Assembly: GCA_965203095.1 (NCBI GenBank)
Contig: OZ241877.1
Span: 1,533,518 to 1,597,517 of the forward strand
DNA: 64,000 nucleotides
DNA from: Bdellovibrionales bacterium
GTDB taxonomy: Bacteria > Bdellovibrionota > Bdellovibrionia > Bdellovibrionales > UBA1609
Direction: 5' to 3'
A program made the position numbers and the translations under genes. This document shows positions 1-9,022 of the stretch, piece by piece. Positions within the stretch are counted from its first letter, which is position 1. Each line of letters begins with the position of its first letter. Below the pieces are notes generated by a model. The model had not been told where the DNA came from and ran no database searches. It saw nothing but the letters and a program-made list of their open reading frames with translations.

Positions 1-387
1 ATTTATTTAGAGCATTCTAAGGGGCGACTGCCCACTTGGCTCTCTCCGATTCAGGTAAAAATTTTGCCTTTGACAGAAAAGGAAAAAGTTTTTTCTCTCC
101 ATATCCAAAAAAAGCTTGAACAAAAAAAAATCATTTGTAAAATAGACAATAGAAATGAACAGTTGTCTTATAAAATTCGAGAGGCTCAAACTCAACAAAT
201 CCCCTATATGTTAGTTGTCGGCCCTAAAGAAGTGCAATCCGAAAGCCTTTCCGTTCGTTTGAGAACTGGCGAGTTGTTTTCAAAATGGAATCTTGAAGAG
301 TTTGCCAATAAACTCTTTGAGGAGATCCAAAATCGGGACTCCAAAGCCTTCCTGCTCAAAAATCAGTCTAAAGGTATCTGCCATTAA
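1..387 (+). CDS. thrS: Threonyl-tRNA synthetase, C-terminal part (5' end lies outside the window)
   Basis: Frame 1 is open from base 1. The translation HSKGRLPTWLSPIQVKILPLTEK...QIPYMLVVGPKEV...LSVRLR resembles the ThrRS catalytic-end and anticodon-binding domain. infC follows, a common arrangement. Confidence 0.8.
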   Translation: MYLEHSKGRLPTWLSPIQVKILPLTEKEKVFSLHIQKKLEQKKIICKIDNRNEQLSYKIREAQTQQIPYMLVVGPKEVQSESLSVRLRTGELFSKWNLEEFANKLFEEIQNRDSKAFLLKNQSKGICH

Positions 388-1084
388 ATCCAAAAGACAT
401 TTTCGTGGCCGTTTTAAACGGGAGGAGAAACACCGCCGGAATGAAAGGGTGAAAGCTCCTGAAGTCCGCCTTATTGATGAAAATGGGCAACTTGTGGGGT
501 TAATGTCCTCTTCTTCTGCATTGCAGAAAGCACGAGAGAAGGGGCTGGATCTGGTGGAAATTCACGATAAATCACAACCTCCGATATGCAAAATTATGGA
601 TTATGGGAAGTGGAGGTTTGAGACTAAAAAAAAGGAGAAACAAAACAGAAAAAAACAAAACAAAATTTTAGTTAAGGAAATACAACTAAGACCCCGCACC
701 GATGAGGGCGATATTCGTATTAAACTGGAAAAAGCCAAAGAGTTTTTAAACCAAGGCCATAAGGTGAAAGTGAATTTAAGATTTTTTGGCCGAGAAATGG
801 CTCATAAGGAATTAGGATTCAACTTGTTAAAAAAAGTGGAGAAGCGACTTTCTGATCTGGCGATTCCGGAAATGCCAGCCAAAATGGAAAGGCGAGCCTT
901 GTTTGTCATTTTAGCCCCGCAAAGCCACTTTAGTAAAAAAAGCTCAAAAGCCTCTGCTCGTTCAGGAGCAAAGCTCAAAACTGTATCAGAATCTTCTAAC
1001 AGCCCACCCACCGCTGAGCAAAAAGCTTCTTCTTCCTCTGTTATTGTGGAAAAGCAATTCATAAAAAACATCAATAACAGGTAG
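383..1084 (+). CDS. infC: Translation initiation factor IF-3; probable ATT start overlapping the thrS stop
   Basis: EVRLIDENGQLVG...LDLVEI...PPICKIMDYGKWRFETKKKEK...KEIQLRPRTDEGDIRIKL...VNLRFFGRE is canonical IF-3. There is no in-frame ATG near the conserved N-terminus, and an in-frame ATT sits at 383. The protein has a Ser/Lys-rich C-terminal extension. Confidence 0.8.
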   Translation: MKSKRHFRGRFKREEKHRRNERVKAPEVRLIDENGQLVGLMSSSSALQKAREKGLDLVEIHDKSQPPICKIMDYGKWRFETKKKEKQNRKKQNKILVKEIQLRPRTDEGDIRIKLEKAKEFLNQGHKVKVNLRFFGREMAHKELGFNLLKKVEKRLSDLAIPEMPAKMERRALFVILAPQSHFSKKSSKASARSGAKLKTVSESSNSPPTAEQKASSSSVIVEKQFIKNINNR

Positions 1085-1217
1085 TTAGTCCTGAAAAAGC
1101 TTACTAAAAAACCTATTTTTTAAAGTTTTTTTGGGAAAAAATCTCATTATGTGATTGAGTTTAGTCCAGCATGGAATCTTTTTTGCTACACAAAAAAGGC
1201 AAAGGAGGAATTGAACT

Positions 1218-1427
1218 ATGGACAAAAATAATCCTGAAAACATCCGATCGGTCCAAAAGAAAGACCAAAAAAAGGAATTTCTCTCCGGTCAAAATGAGTG
1301 CTATCTTTGTGGCCAGCCTTTAAGCACTCATATTGAGTATTTGCCACAAACTCATTTAGTGGTAGAGAGAGCCCAGTGCCATAGCTGTATGACAGTGGTT
1401 AGGGTAAAAAATCACTCTTTGCATTAG
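1218..1427 (+). CDS. Small zinc-ribbon-like protein (CxxC ... CxxC), function unknown
   Basis: A 69-aa ORF follows the Shine-Dalgarno AAAGGAGGA 7 nt upstream. It contains two Cys pairs (CYLCG, CHSC). Confidence 0.5.
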   Translation: MDKNNPENIRSVQKKDQKKEFLSGQNECYLCGQPLSTHIEYLPQTHLVVERAQCHSCMTVVRVKNHSLH

Positions 1428-1490
1428 AAGGTTTTACTTTTTTTGGCTGGACCCTTGGCAAATTTTCTAAAAAGCTCTTCAGGCTTTTTA

Positions 1491-1514
1491 GTTCCCGCGA
1501 GAGCGGGAATCCAT
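1491..1514 (+). repeat. R1 palindromic unit (GTTCCCGCGAGAGCGGGAATCCAT)
   Basis: Inverted repeat TTCCCGC/GCGGGAA with a 4-nt loop. Its flanks resemble the composite R1/R2 copies at 12.6 and 14.8 kb. Confidence 0.7.
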
Positions 1515-1855
1515 ATCTGTTGAAAACAAGAATCCAGATTTTCTATAAAATTTGCTAAAGGAGGGGGTATTCCTTTCTCAACACGAAAAACAGGCACAAA
1601 AAGCCCGTATTTTAAGGCTAAATGGGTGGAATAATCCTGTTGTCATGAAAAAATCTTAAAAAATAAAAACTAAGTGATAGGATAAGATTAAATAATGAAA
1701 ACTTGACATTTTGTCATTTTTTTGACAAAAAACAACAAAAAAAGGCATTTACACAGTGCAACATAAAGTTTATTTGGCTTTATCCGGTTTTTTACTGCTA
1801 TTCTATTGGAGGAAAAGTATTAGTTCAGTTGTTTCCCACAGGAAAGGAGGTTTTA

Positions 1856-2155
1856 ATGTTAGATAACTTTCAGTTTAATGGCTTTGTGCCCAATCAAAGC
1901 ATAAAGAGGCAGAGCCGTTTTTTTTACAACCTTATTGAAAAGCGTGCTCCCAGTGATTCCAAAAAAACGGCGTCTTTAACTAAGAGGGGAAAGCTCTATG
2001 AGGCTCGCCTGAGGATCTCATCTGCCGGGGCCTGTTCTTTTGAGATTTTTTCCAGGGAAAATAGCATCTCAGGCTCTATGAATAGCCTTCGAAAACAGTT
2101 TTTTGACAAAATCATCAGATGGAACAAACAAAGAGATCAAAAAGTAGCTCTCTAA
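1856..2155 (+). CDS. Hypothetical protein (about 99 aa); the start is taken at the ATG after GGAAAGGAGG rather than at the ORF-track start 1703
   Basis: A strong RBS lies 5 nt upstream of ATG 1856. There is a weak, unverified resemblance to ribosome-associated RaiA/HPF-type proteins. Confidence 0.4.
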   Translation: MLDNFQFNGFVPNQSIKRQSRFFYNLIEKRAPSDSKKTASLTKRGKLYEARLRISSAGACSFEIFSRENSISGSMNSLRKQFFDKIIRWNKQRDQKVAL

Positions 2156-2263
2156 AGCCAGCTCAACCTTTTATCATAGTTTAAAAGCTCTATTACGGCT
2201 ATCTTCCCTCACTTCATCTTGAAAACTCAAACAAAATGAGTGTAAAAACTAAGGGGAGTCATA

Positions 2264-3679
2264 ATGCCCTGTAGGATAGATCTTGAATTTTTATTAAAAG
2301 CCATCCCCCATTCCTCTTGCTTGCAAAAGGCTGAAAGTATTTTTGATGGCCTCTCCACAGATTCTCGACAAGATCTTAAAGGCAAAGTGTTTTTTGCCCT
2401 TAAAGGGCCTCATTTTGATGGGCAGGATTTTTTGCAGGAGGCTATGGATAAAGGGGCTATAGCCTTTGTTGTGAGTGATAAAAACAAAGTCAGTAAATTT
2501 TTAAAAAATAAAAGGCTGACTGTTATCCATGTCCCGGACACTTTAAAGGCACTTCAAAAATTAGCCTATTTATGGAATCAGCGGATGAAAACAAAAGTTG
2601 TGGCCATCACTGGGAGCAATGGCAAAACCACCACTCGGTATTTTGCTCAAACTTTATTCCTCAGTGAAAAGCCTTTTTTTAGCCCAAAAAGCCATAATAA
2701 TTTTGTAGGCGTCCCTCTCTCTCTTTTGCAAGTGAATCGTGAAGGGGCTTTCCTCATTCAAGAGATAGGGACCAACTCTCCTGGGGAGGTGGCTTTTCTC
2801 ACTTCGCTTTGCCGGCCAGTGATTTCTACTGTGACAATGGTTGGGCCTTCTCACTTAGAGGGCTTAGGCTCAGAAGAGGCTGTAGCAAGGGAAAAACAAC
2901 AAGTTTATTCCCACAGTGCTTCTTCAGCCCTTTGGATTTTTAACAGAGACAATTTTTGGACTGAAAACATGTTTCAAAAATCCTCTCGCTCGCAAAAATT
3001 GGTTTTGACTTTTTCTTCTATAAAACAAAATACTGATGTTTGTTTAAATTTTGTTGAAGAAAAAGCCATGTCCTCTTTAATCCAAGGGCGGATAGGCTCA
3101 GTTAAGGGGCAAAGTTTAGTTTTATTTTCCGGAAGTCCTCATTTAGAAAATCTTATGTGTGCCTGCTGTTTGGCCTTAGGGGCTGGAATTGACCCTAAAA
3201 CTATATGGAATCAAATTTCTCAATGCCGTTTACCTCCGGGGAGGCAGGAGTTATTGCATATTAAAGACAAAAATATTTCTATCTTTTTTGACGGTTATAA
3301 TGCCAATCCCTCCAGCATGAATTTTTTTCTTGATTTTATTGGAAGATTTTCAACCCCTCAGCAAAGGTTGTTAGCCCTTGGGGACATGAAAGAATTGGGC
3401 CCGGCCTCTTCCCACTTTCATAAGCAGTTGGCCACTCACTCGGCACTTTTAGAATCTCGCTTTATAATTTTTATGGGTCAGCATGGCCTTTTGTTGGAGG
3501 AGGAGCTAAAAAAACAGGGTTTTAAAGGGAGTTTTATTTGTTCTGACATATACAATTCAAAAATACTTTCTGTTTTAAGGGAAGAATTAAAACCGGGGGA
3601 TTTTTTAGCTGTTAAAGCTTCACGAAGTTTCCGGCTGGAAAGGTTAGTGCGTGATTTGACCGGAAAAAAAATTTTTTAA
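2264..3679 (+). CDS. murF: UDP-N-acetylmuramoyl-tripeptide--D-alanyl-D-alanine ligase
   Basis: Mur ligase P-loop ITGSNGKTTT, the C-terminal motif DGYNANPSSM, and a 471-aa length are typical of MurF. Confidence 0.85.
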   Translation: MPCRIDLEFLLKAIPHSSCLQKAESIFDGLSTDSRQDLKGKVFFALKGPHFDGQDFLQEAMDKGAIAFVVSDKNKVSKFLKNKRLTVIHVPDTLKALQKLAYLWNQRMKTKVVAITGSNGKTTTRYFAQTLFLSEKPFFSPKSHNNFVGVPLSLLQVNREGAFLIQEIGTNSPGEVAFLTSLCRPVISTVTMVGPSHLEGLGSEEAVAREKQQVYSHSASSALWIFNRDNFWTENMFQKSSRSQKLVLTFSSIKQNTDVCLNFVEEKAMSSLIQGRIGSVKGQSLVLFSGSPHLENLMCACCLALGAGIDPKTIWNQISQCRLPPGRQELLHIKDKNISIFFDGYNANPSSMNFFLDFIGRFSTPQQRLLALGDMKELGPASSHFHKQLATHSALLESRFIIFMGQHGLLLEEELKKQGFKGSFICSDIYNSKILSVLREELKPGDFLAVKASRSFRLERLVRDLTGKKIF

Positions 3680-3786
3680 AAAAAGTGGACAAGCTCTTTA
3701 CTAATAAATATAATGGCTTTATTAAAATTTTTAACTTAAAGAGGGTATAAATCATGGGAGTGTTTTATATTTTTTTAAAAAAGGCT

Positions 3787-4194
3787 ATGGGTAAAAGGGG
3801 CTTGAGCCTGATTGAAATGCTTGTAGTGGTAGGCATTTTGGCTTTTGTTATGTCTGTTGTGGCACGCTCTGTCTCTCAAAGGAAGAAAAAAAGCCAAGTC
3901 AGCCAAACTAAAATTTTAATTGGGGTGATTGAGCAGGCTATGGAGGAGTTTAATTATGATTGTGGGTATTACCCGGAGTCTTTGCAAGATCTGGTATCCT
4001 CACCGGGGGATTGTGAAGAGTGGGGGCCTCAGCCCTACTTAAAAAACGGGAAAATTCCAAAAGATCCTTGGGGTAAGGATTTTATTTATGAGTATGATGA
4101 AAGCAGTGGGAGCTTTGCCATTGTGAGTTGGGGGGCTGACAGGAAACCCGGTGGCAGTGGGCAATTCAATAAAGACATTTCCTCTTTAGATTGA
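3787..4194 (+). CDS. gspG: Type II secretion/type IV pilin-like major pseudopilin (GspG family)
   Basis: Prepilin leader and N-terminal helix KRGLSLIEMLVVVGILAF, with the C-terminal GspG-like motifs PKDPWGKDFIY and SWGADRKPGG. The ORF track starts at 3754, but ATG 3787 gives a typical short leader. Confidence 0.75.
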   Translation: MGKRGLSLIEMLVVVGILAFVMSVVARSVSQRKKKSQVSQTKILIGVIEQAMEEFNYDCGYYPESLQDLVSSPGDCEEWGPQPYLKNGKIPKDPWGKDFIYEYDESSGSFAIVSWGADRKPGGSGQFNKDISSLD

Positions 4195-4313
4195 TGCCAG
4201 ATTGTTGATATTTTTTAGAGCTTTTTATTTTTGCCTTTCTCTTAAGTTTTAAGGAAGGTTCTGCCCGGTGCAATAGAGGGCGTTTATGTTAGAGAAACAG
4301 CCTCAATAAAAAT

Positions 4314-4898
4314 ATGATTTTTGCAAAATGGGCTTTTCCCTTTAGCAAAACACAGTCAAAAGCTTTTTCACTTATAGAGCTATTACTGGTTTTATTTATT
4401 TTGGTTTTTGTGTTTGCCTTTGTTTCCAAAAGATTTTTCCGTAAGGAGGAAAAAGTCAGAACCGCTTTTGATAAACTGGCTCGCCTTAATCGCCGGTTGG
4501 TTTTGCAATCTCAGATGAATAATCAAACTTATCGTTGGGTTATTGATCTCAAAAGTGATGGGCCGGAACAATATTGGGTGGAAAAACAACAGATAAAATC
4601 TCCACAGGCAACTGAAGATGAGGAAAAGCCCTCTTCAGGTTTTGTTGTGGATCGTAGGTTTTTCCCTGAGCCGGAGATCATTACTCCTCTTTTAGATATT
4701 TCTCGTGTGGAAAGCACTTTATTAGAGGAGGCTCAAACTGAAGGGCAGGTTTACATTTATTATTATCCTAAGGGTTTAGCTCAAGAGACGGCTCTTCATT
4801 TTTATCGCCCGGACAATCAAGCTGTTTGGACTTTACATTTAAATCCGGCAACCAAAAGCCTTGAGCTATTTAAAGGTGAAAAAAATATTTCTCAATAA
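4314..4898 (+). CDS. Minor pseudopilin-like protein (GspH-like) with a prepilin-type N-terminal helix
   Basis: SKAFSLIELLLVLFILVFVFAFV is a prepilin-type cleavage/methylation segment. The gene lies next to the gspG-like gene. Confidence 0.55.
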   Translation: MIFAKWAFPFSKTQSKAFSLIELLLVLFILVFVFAFVSKRFFRKEEKVRTAFDKLARLNRRLVLQSQMNNQTYRWVIDLKSDGPEQYWVEKQQIKSPQATEDEEKPSSGFVVDRRFFPEPEIITPLLDISRVESTLLEEAQTEGQVYIYYYPKGLAQETALHFYRPDNQAVWTLHLNPATKSLELFKGEKNISQ

Positions 4899-4911
4899 AA
4901 ATAAAAATTGC

Positions 4912-4951
4912 ACGGATTTTGTTTGAAAATGCCTGCTTTCTGGACTCTGCT
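4912..4951 (+). repeat. R3 repeat copy 1 (TTTGAAAATGCCTGCTTTCTGGACTCTGCTTTGACCAGGA)
   Basis: Near-identical to 10605-10645 and, in inverted orientation, to 53177-53217. Confidence 0.75.
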
Positions 4952-5039
4952 TTGACCAGGATTTTCAACTATTATCAATATAAGCCATTTTCTTACTTGA
5001 AAAAACTTGGACAATACCTGAAAATAAAAAATACATTTT

Positions 5040-7328
5040 ATGAATAAAAAAGATCTAACAGAACGAGATATTTGCACAAAATATATTACTCCTGCTATAG
5101 AACAGGCGGGTTGGGATAAAATTTTTCAAATAAGGGAAGAGCTTTACTTTACGGACGGAAGGATCCAAGTCCAGGGGCAAAAAAGCAAGAGGTTGAAGGG
5201 CAGGAAGGCAGACTATATTCTTTATAAAAATGACAAGCAAATTGCAGTTATTGAGGCTAAAGATAACAATCACTCTATATCTTCAGGTATACAACAGGCT
5301 TTAGAGTATGCGGATATTTTAGACATTCCCTTTGCTTTTTCCTCAAACGGCGATGGTTTTTTATTCCATGATAAAACATCCGGTAGAGAAACAGAGTTGC
5401 AACTACAAGACTTCCCCTCCCCCGGAAAACTTTGGTCCATTTATAAAAAACATAAAAACCTCAATGAGGAGCAGGAAAAAATCATTTTAGAGCCTTACCA
5501 CAGTGGGGCTGAGGTAAAAGAGCCAAGATATTACCAAAGAATAGCCATTAACAGGGTGGTTGAGGCTATTTCTAAAGGTCAAAACAGACTTCTTTTAGTT
5601 ATGGCCACGGGAACAGGAAAAACCTACACAGCTTTTCAAATCATGTGGAAACTTTGGAAAGCCAAAAAGAAAAAACGAATTTTATTTTTAGCAGACAGAA
5701 ACATTTTAGTTGACCAAAGCCGAAACAATGACTTTGCCCCTTTTAGACATGTAATGACAAAAATCAAAGGGAGAGTGGCGGATCCCGCTTACGAAGTTTT
5801 TTTATCTTTGTATCAGGCCATTACTGGGGAAGAAGAGAGTAAGAAAATTTTTAAAAAATTCTCTAAGGATTTTTTTGATTTGATTGTGATTGATGAATGC
5901 CACAGAGGAAGTGCTAAAGAGGACTCCTCTTGGCGGGAAATTTTAGAGTATTTTAACTCTGCAACTCAAATCGGTTTGACAGCTACTCCAAGAGAGACCA
6001 AATATACTTCCAACATTCGTTATTTTGGTGATCCTGTTTATACTTATTCTTTAAAGCAGGGTATAGAAGACGGCTTTTTAGCTCCCTACAAGGTAATAAG
6101 AATTGACATAGATAAAGACATTTATGGCTGGAGGCCGAAAAAGGGCCAGATGGACAAATACGGCCAGCTTATTGAAGACAGAGAATTTAAACAAAAAGAT
6201 ATGGACAAAAGCCTTGTTCTTGAAAAAAGAACAGAGCTTGTAGCTGAGAAAGTGACTGAGTTTTTAGAGCAAACAGACCTTTTTCAAAAAACAATTGTTT
6301 TTTGTGATGACATAGATCATGCAGAAAGAATGAGGTTGGAGCTTATCCATCAAAACTCTCAAGAAGTTAAAAAAAACAATAAATACATTATGAAAATAAC
6401 AGGTGATGATAAGATAGGAAAAGACGAGCTTGAAAATTTTATCAACCCCGAAAAAAGATATCCTGTAATCGTCACAAGCTCAAAACTGCTTACAACAGGA
6501 GTAGATGCAAGAACATGCAAGTTGATTGTTTTGGACAAAACCATCAACTCCATGTCTGAGTTTAAGCAAATTATAGGGAGAGGGACTCGTGTGGAAGAGG
6601 ATTTTGGTAAAATGTTTTTTACAATTATGGACTTCAAGGGAGCTACAAGGCTTTTTAATGATCCTGATTTTGACGGTGAGCCGGTGGAATTTTACGAGTC
6701 AAGACCAGGGAAGCCTATCGTTCCTTCAGGGAATGAAGATAAGCCAGCAGAAAACCCGGATGATTTTGAACCAAGAAAAAAATATTATGTTAAAAACCAG
6801 CCTGTTGAAATTATAGGTGAGGAGATAAGATATATCGGAGCTAAGGGCCAACTTATCACTGAGTCTTTTATAGATTACACCAAAAAAATTGTTTGCAAAA
6901 AATATCCCACTTTAAATAAATTCATTACTCATTGGAAGGAGTCAAACAATAAAAAAAAGCTTATAGATGAATTACAGGAAGAGGGTTTATTGACAATCCC
7001 TCTTAAAGAAAAGATCAATCAAAATATAGATGTTTTTGATTTAATAAATTATTTTGTTTTTGGGAAAGAGTTTTTAACAAAAGAGCAGAGGATAGAAAAA
7101 GCTAAAAACTCTTCTGCCTTCTCCCTTTTAGAGATGGATTGCCGGAAAATAATAAGTGAGCTTTTAAAAAAATATTCTCATAATGGAGTGGATAGCTTAG
7201 AGAATTTGGAAATTCTAAAAACTCCCTCTATGGGCAAATTTGGAACTGCTATGGAAATACTTAATAAATTTAACGGAACAGAAAAATACATAGAGACCAT
7301 AAGACAAATACTTAATGAGCTTTATTAA
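5040..7328 (+). CDS. hsdR: Type I restriction enzyme, R (endonuclease/translocase) subunit
   Basis: N-terminal PD-(D/E)xK signature (ADYILY...AVIEAKD). SF2 helicase motifs MATGTGKT and VIDECHRGS are present. hsdM and hsdS follow. Confidence 0.9.
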   Translation: MNKKDLTERDICTKYITPAIEQAGWDKIFQIREELYFTDGRIQVQGQKSKRLKGRKADYILYKNDKQIAVIEAKDNNHSISSGIQQALEYADILDIPFAFSSNGDGFLFHDKTSGRETELQLQDFPSPGKLWSIYKKHKNLNEEQEKIILEPYHSGAEVKEPRYYQRIAINRVVEAISKGQNRLLLVMATGTGKTYTAFQIMWKLWKAKKKKRILFLADRNILVDQSRNNDFAPFRHVMTKIKGRVADPAYEVFLSLYQAITGEEESKKIFKKFSKDFFDLIVIDECHRGSAKEDSSWREILEYFNSATQIGLTATPRETKYTSNIRYFGDPVYTYSLKQGIEDGFLAPYKVIRIDIDKDIYGWRPKKGQMDKYGQLIEDREFKQKDMDKSLVLEKRTELVAEKVTEFLEQTDLFQKTIVFCDDIDHAERMRLELIHQNSQEVKKNNKYIMKITGDDKIGKDELENFINPEKRYPVIVTSSKLLTTGVDARTCKLIVLDKTINSMSEFKQIIGRGTRVEEDFGKMFFTIMDFKGATRLFNDPDFDGEPVEFYESRPGKPIVPSGNEDKPAENPDDFEPRKKYYVKNQPVEIIGEEIRYIGAKGQLITESFIDYTKKIVCKKYPTLNKFITHWKESNNKKKLIDELQEEGLLTIPLKEKINQNIDVFDLINYFVFGKEFLTKEQRIEKAKNSSAFSLLEMDCRKIISELLKKYSHNGVDSLENLEILKTPSMGKFGTAMEILNKFNGTEKYIETIRQILNELY

Positions 7329-7353
7329 ACTAAGTAATAAACAGAGTAAAAAT

Positions 7354-8793
7354 ATGTCACTACAAAACCTTGTAAAATCCATACAAAACATTATGAGAAA
7401 AGATGCAGGAGTTAATGGGGACGCTCAAAGGATTGAGCAGTTGGGTTGGATTTTTTTCTTAAAGATATTTAGTGATAAAGAGATTGAAAGCCAAACTCTA
7501 AAAAAAAACTATCGTCCCTCTATTCCAAAAAAATACTTATGGCAAAGTTGGGCCAGCAATCCTGAAGGCCGGACAGGAGATGAGTTATTGAGTTTTATCA
7601 ATAATGATTTGTTTCCGCGGTTAAAAAACATGTCTTTGAATATTCAGACAAATCCAAAAGGGCTTATCATTAAGGAGGTTTTTCAGGATTCAAATAATTA
7701 TATGAAAAACGGCACACTTTTAAGGCAAGTCATTAACAAAGTGAATGGAATTGATTTTAATAAAAAAGAGGATTTGCATATTTTTGGGGATATTTACGAA
7801 AATTTTTTAAAGGACTTACAAGGTGCTGGGAATGCGGGAGAATTTTACACACCAAGACCAGTCACTCAATTTATGACAGAAATGATTAGCCCTCAGTTAG
7901 GGGAAAAAGTTTTAGATCCTGCTTGCGGGACAGGAGGTTTTTTATCCTGTGCCACCCAATATATCAGAAAACATTATGTGGAGACAGTGAGAGACAGAAA
8001 AACACTTCAAAAACAAATTCATGGAGTTGAGAAAAAGCCTCTTCCTCATCTTCTTTGTATGACCAATATGCTTTTGCATGAGATTGAAATTCCAACACAG
8101 ATTATCAGGGGGAATAAACTGGCAAAAAGGGTTACAGAATATAAAGTTAAGGACAGGGTGGATGTTATTTTAACAAATCCTCCTTTTGGCGGAAGTGAAG
8201 AGGAGGGGATTAAGGCTAATTTTCCAAAACCTTTTCAAACCAGCGAGACAGCGGATTTGTTTCTTGTATTGATTATAAATTTGCTAAAAGAAGGAGGCCG
8301 AGCGGGTGTTGTTTTGCCTAATGGTTGTTTATCTCAAGCAGGAGTCACGGCAAGAATTAGGCAAGAGCTTTTAGAGACTTGCAATCTTCATACAATAGTG
8401 AGACTGCCTCAGGGGGTTTTTAGCCCTTACTCTTCTATCCATACCAATCTTTTGTTTTTTAATAAAGGTCCTATCACAAAAAAAATATGGTATTATGAAT
8501 TGCCTTTGCCTCAAGGTTTAAAATCATACAACAAAGGGAATCCCATTCAGCATAAAGAGTTTGAGCCAGTTAAAGAGTGGTTTAAATACAGAAAAGCCAA
8601 CAAACATGCTTGGCAGGTTTCCATAGAGGAAATAAAGAAAAACGGTTATATTCTGGATATTAAAAACCCTATTATGGATAAAGAGGAATATGCCGACCCC
8701 GCAGTTCTTGAAAAAGAATATTTGCTTTTAAAAAAGAAAAACAAAAAACTGCTGAATGAAATAAAACAAAAAATAGAAAAAGCCTTACTTTGA
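7354..8793 (+). CDS. hsdM: Type I R-M N6-adenine DNA methyltransferase subunit
   Basis: AdoMet motif DPACGTGGFL and catalytic motif NPPFGG. The start is taken at ATG 7354 (MSLQNLVKSIQ...) rather than 7315, which overlaps hsdR. Confidence 0.9.
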   Translation: MSLQNLVKSIQNIMRKDAGVNGDAQRIEQLGWIFFLKIFSDKEIESQTLKKNYRPSIPKKYLWQSWASNPEGRTGDELLSFINNDLFPRLKNMSLNIQTNPKGLIIKEVFQDSNNYMKNGTLLRQVINKVNGIDFNKKEDLHIFGDIYENFLKDLQGAGNAGEFYTPRPVTQFMTEMISPQLGEKVLDPACGTGGFLSCATQYIRKHYVETVRDRKTLQKQIHGVEKKPLPHLLCMTNMLLHEIEIPTQIIRGNKLAKRVTEYKVKDRVDVILTNPPFGGSEEEGIKANFPKPFQTSETADLFLVLIINLLKEGGRAGVVLPNGCLSQAGVTARIRQELLETCNLHTIVRLPQGVFSPYSSIHTNLLFFNKGPITKKIWYYELPLPQGLKSYNKGNPIQHKEFEPVKEWFKYRKANKHAWQVSIEEIKKNGYILDIKNPIMDKEEYADPAVLEKEYLLLKKKNKKLLNEIKQKIEKALL

Positions 8794-8870
8794 ACTAAAA
8801 AACGGCTAAAAAACTTTATTTTTTCCATTTTTAAGACAAAAAATCCTGTTTTTTTCTATTTTTACAAAAA

Positions 8871-8900
8871 AACCCAATGGACTTTGTTGGGTTTTTATAT
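8871..8900 (+). terminator. Candidate intrinsic terminator between hsdM and hsdS
   Basis: AACCCAA-(9 nt)-TTGGGTT hairpin followed by a T-rich tract (TTTTATATT). Confidence 0.4.
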
Positions 8901-9022
8901 TAAAATCATCTTATGGATAAAATCAGCATTAAAAAACTGCAACAATATGCAAAAAAACAGCATATTAACATTACTCCTTATATTTTGGCACTTACAACAT
9001 GAATAAACAGGCTTGAAAAATA

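Noticed and set aside
1703-1855. The 150-aa ORF starting at 1703
   Set aside because: The upstream part lacks an RBS and overlaps promoter-like AT-rich DNA. ATG 1856 is preceded by GGAAAGGAGG.
7315-7353. An hsdM start at 7315 (the ORF-track start)
   Set aside because: It would overlap the hsdR 3' end and add a non-conserved leader (MSFIKLSNKQSKN). ATG 7354 gives the typical HsdM N-terminus. Either start is possible, but the later one is preferred.
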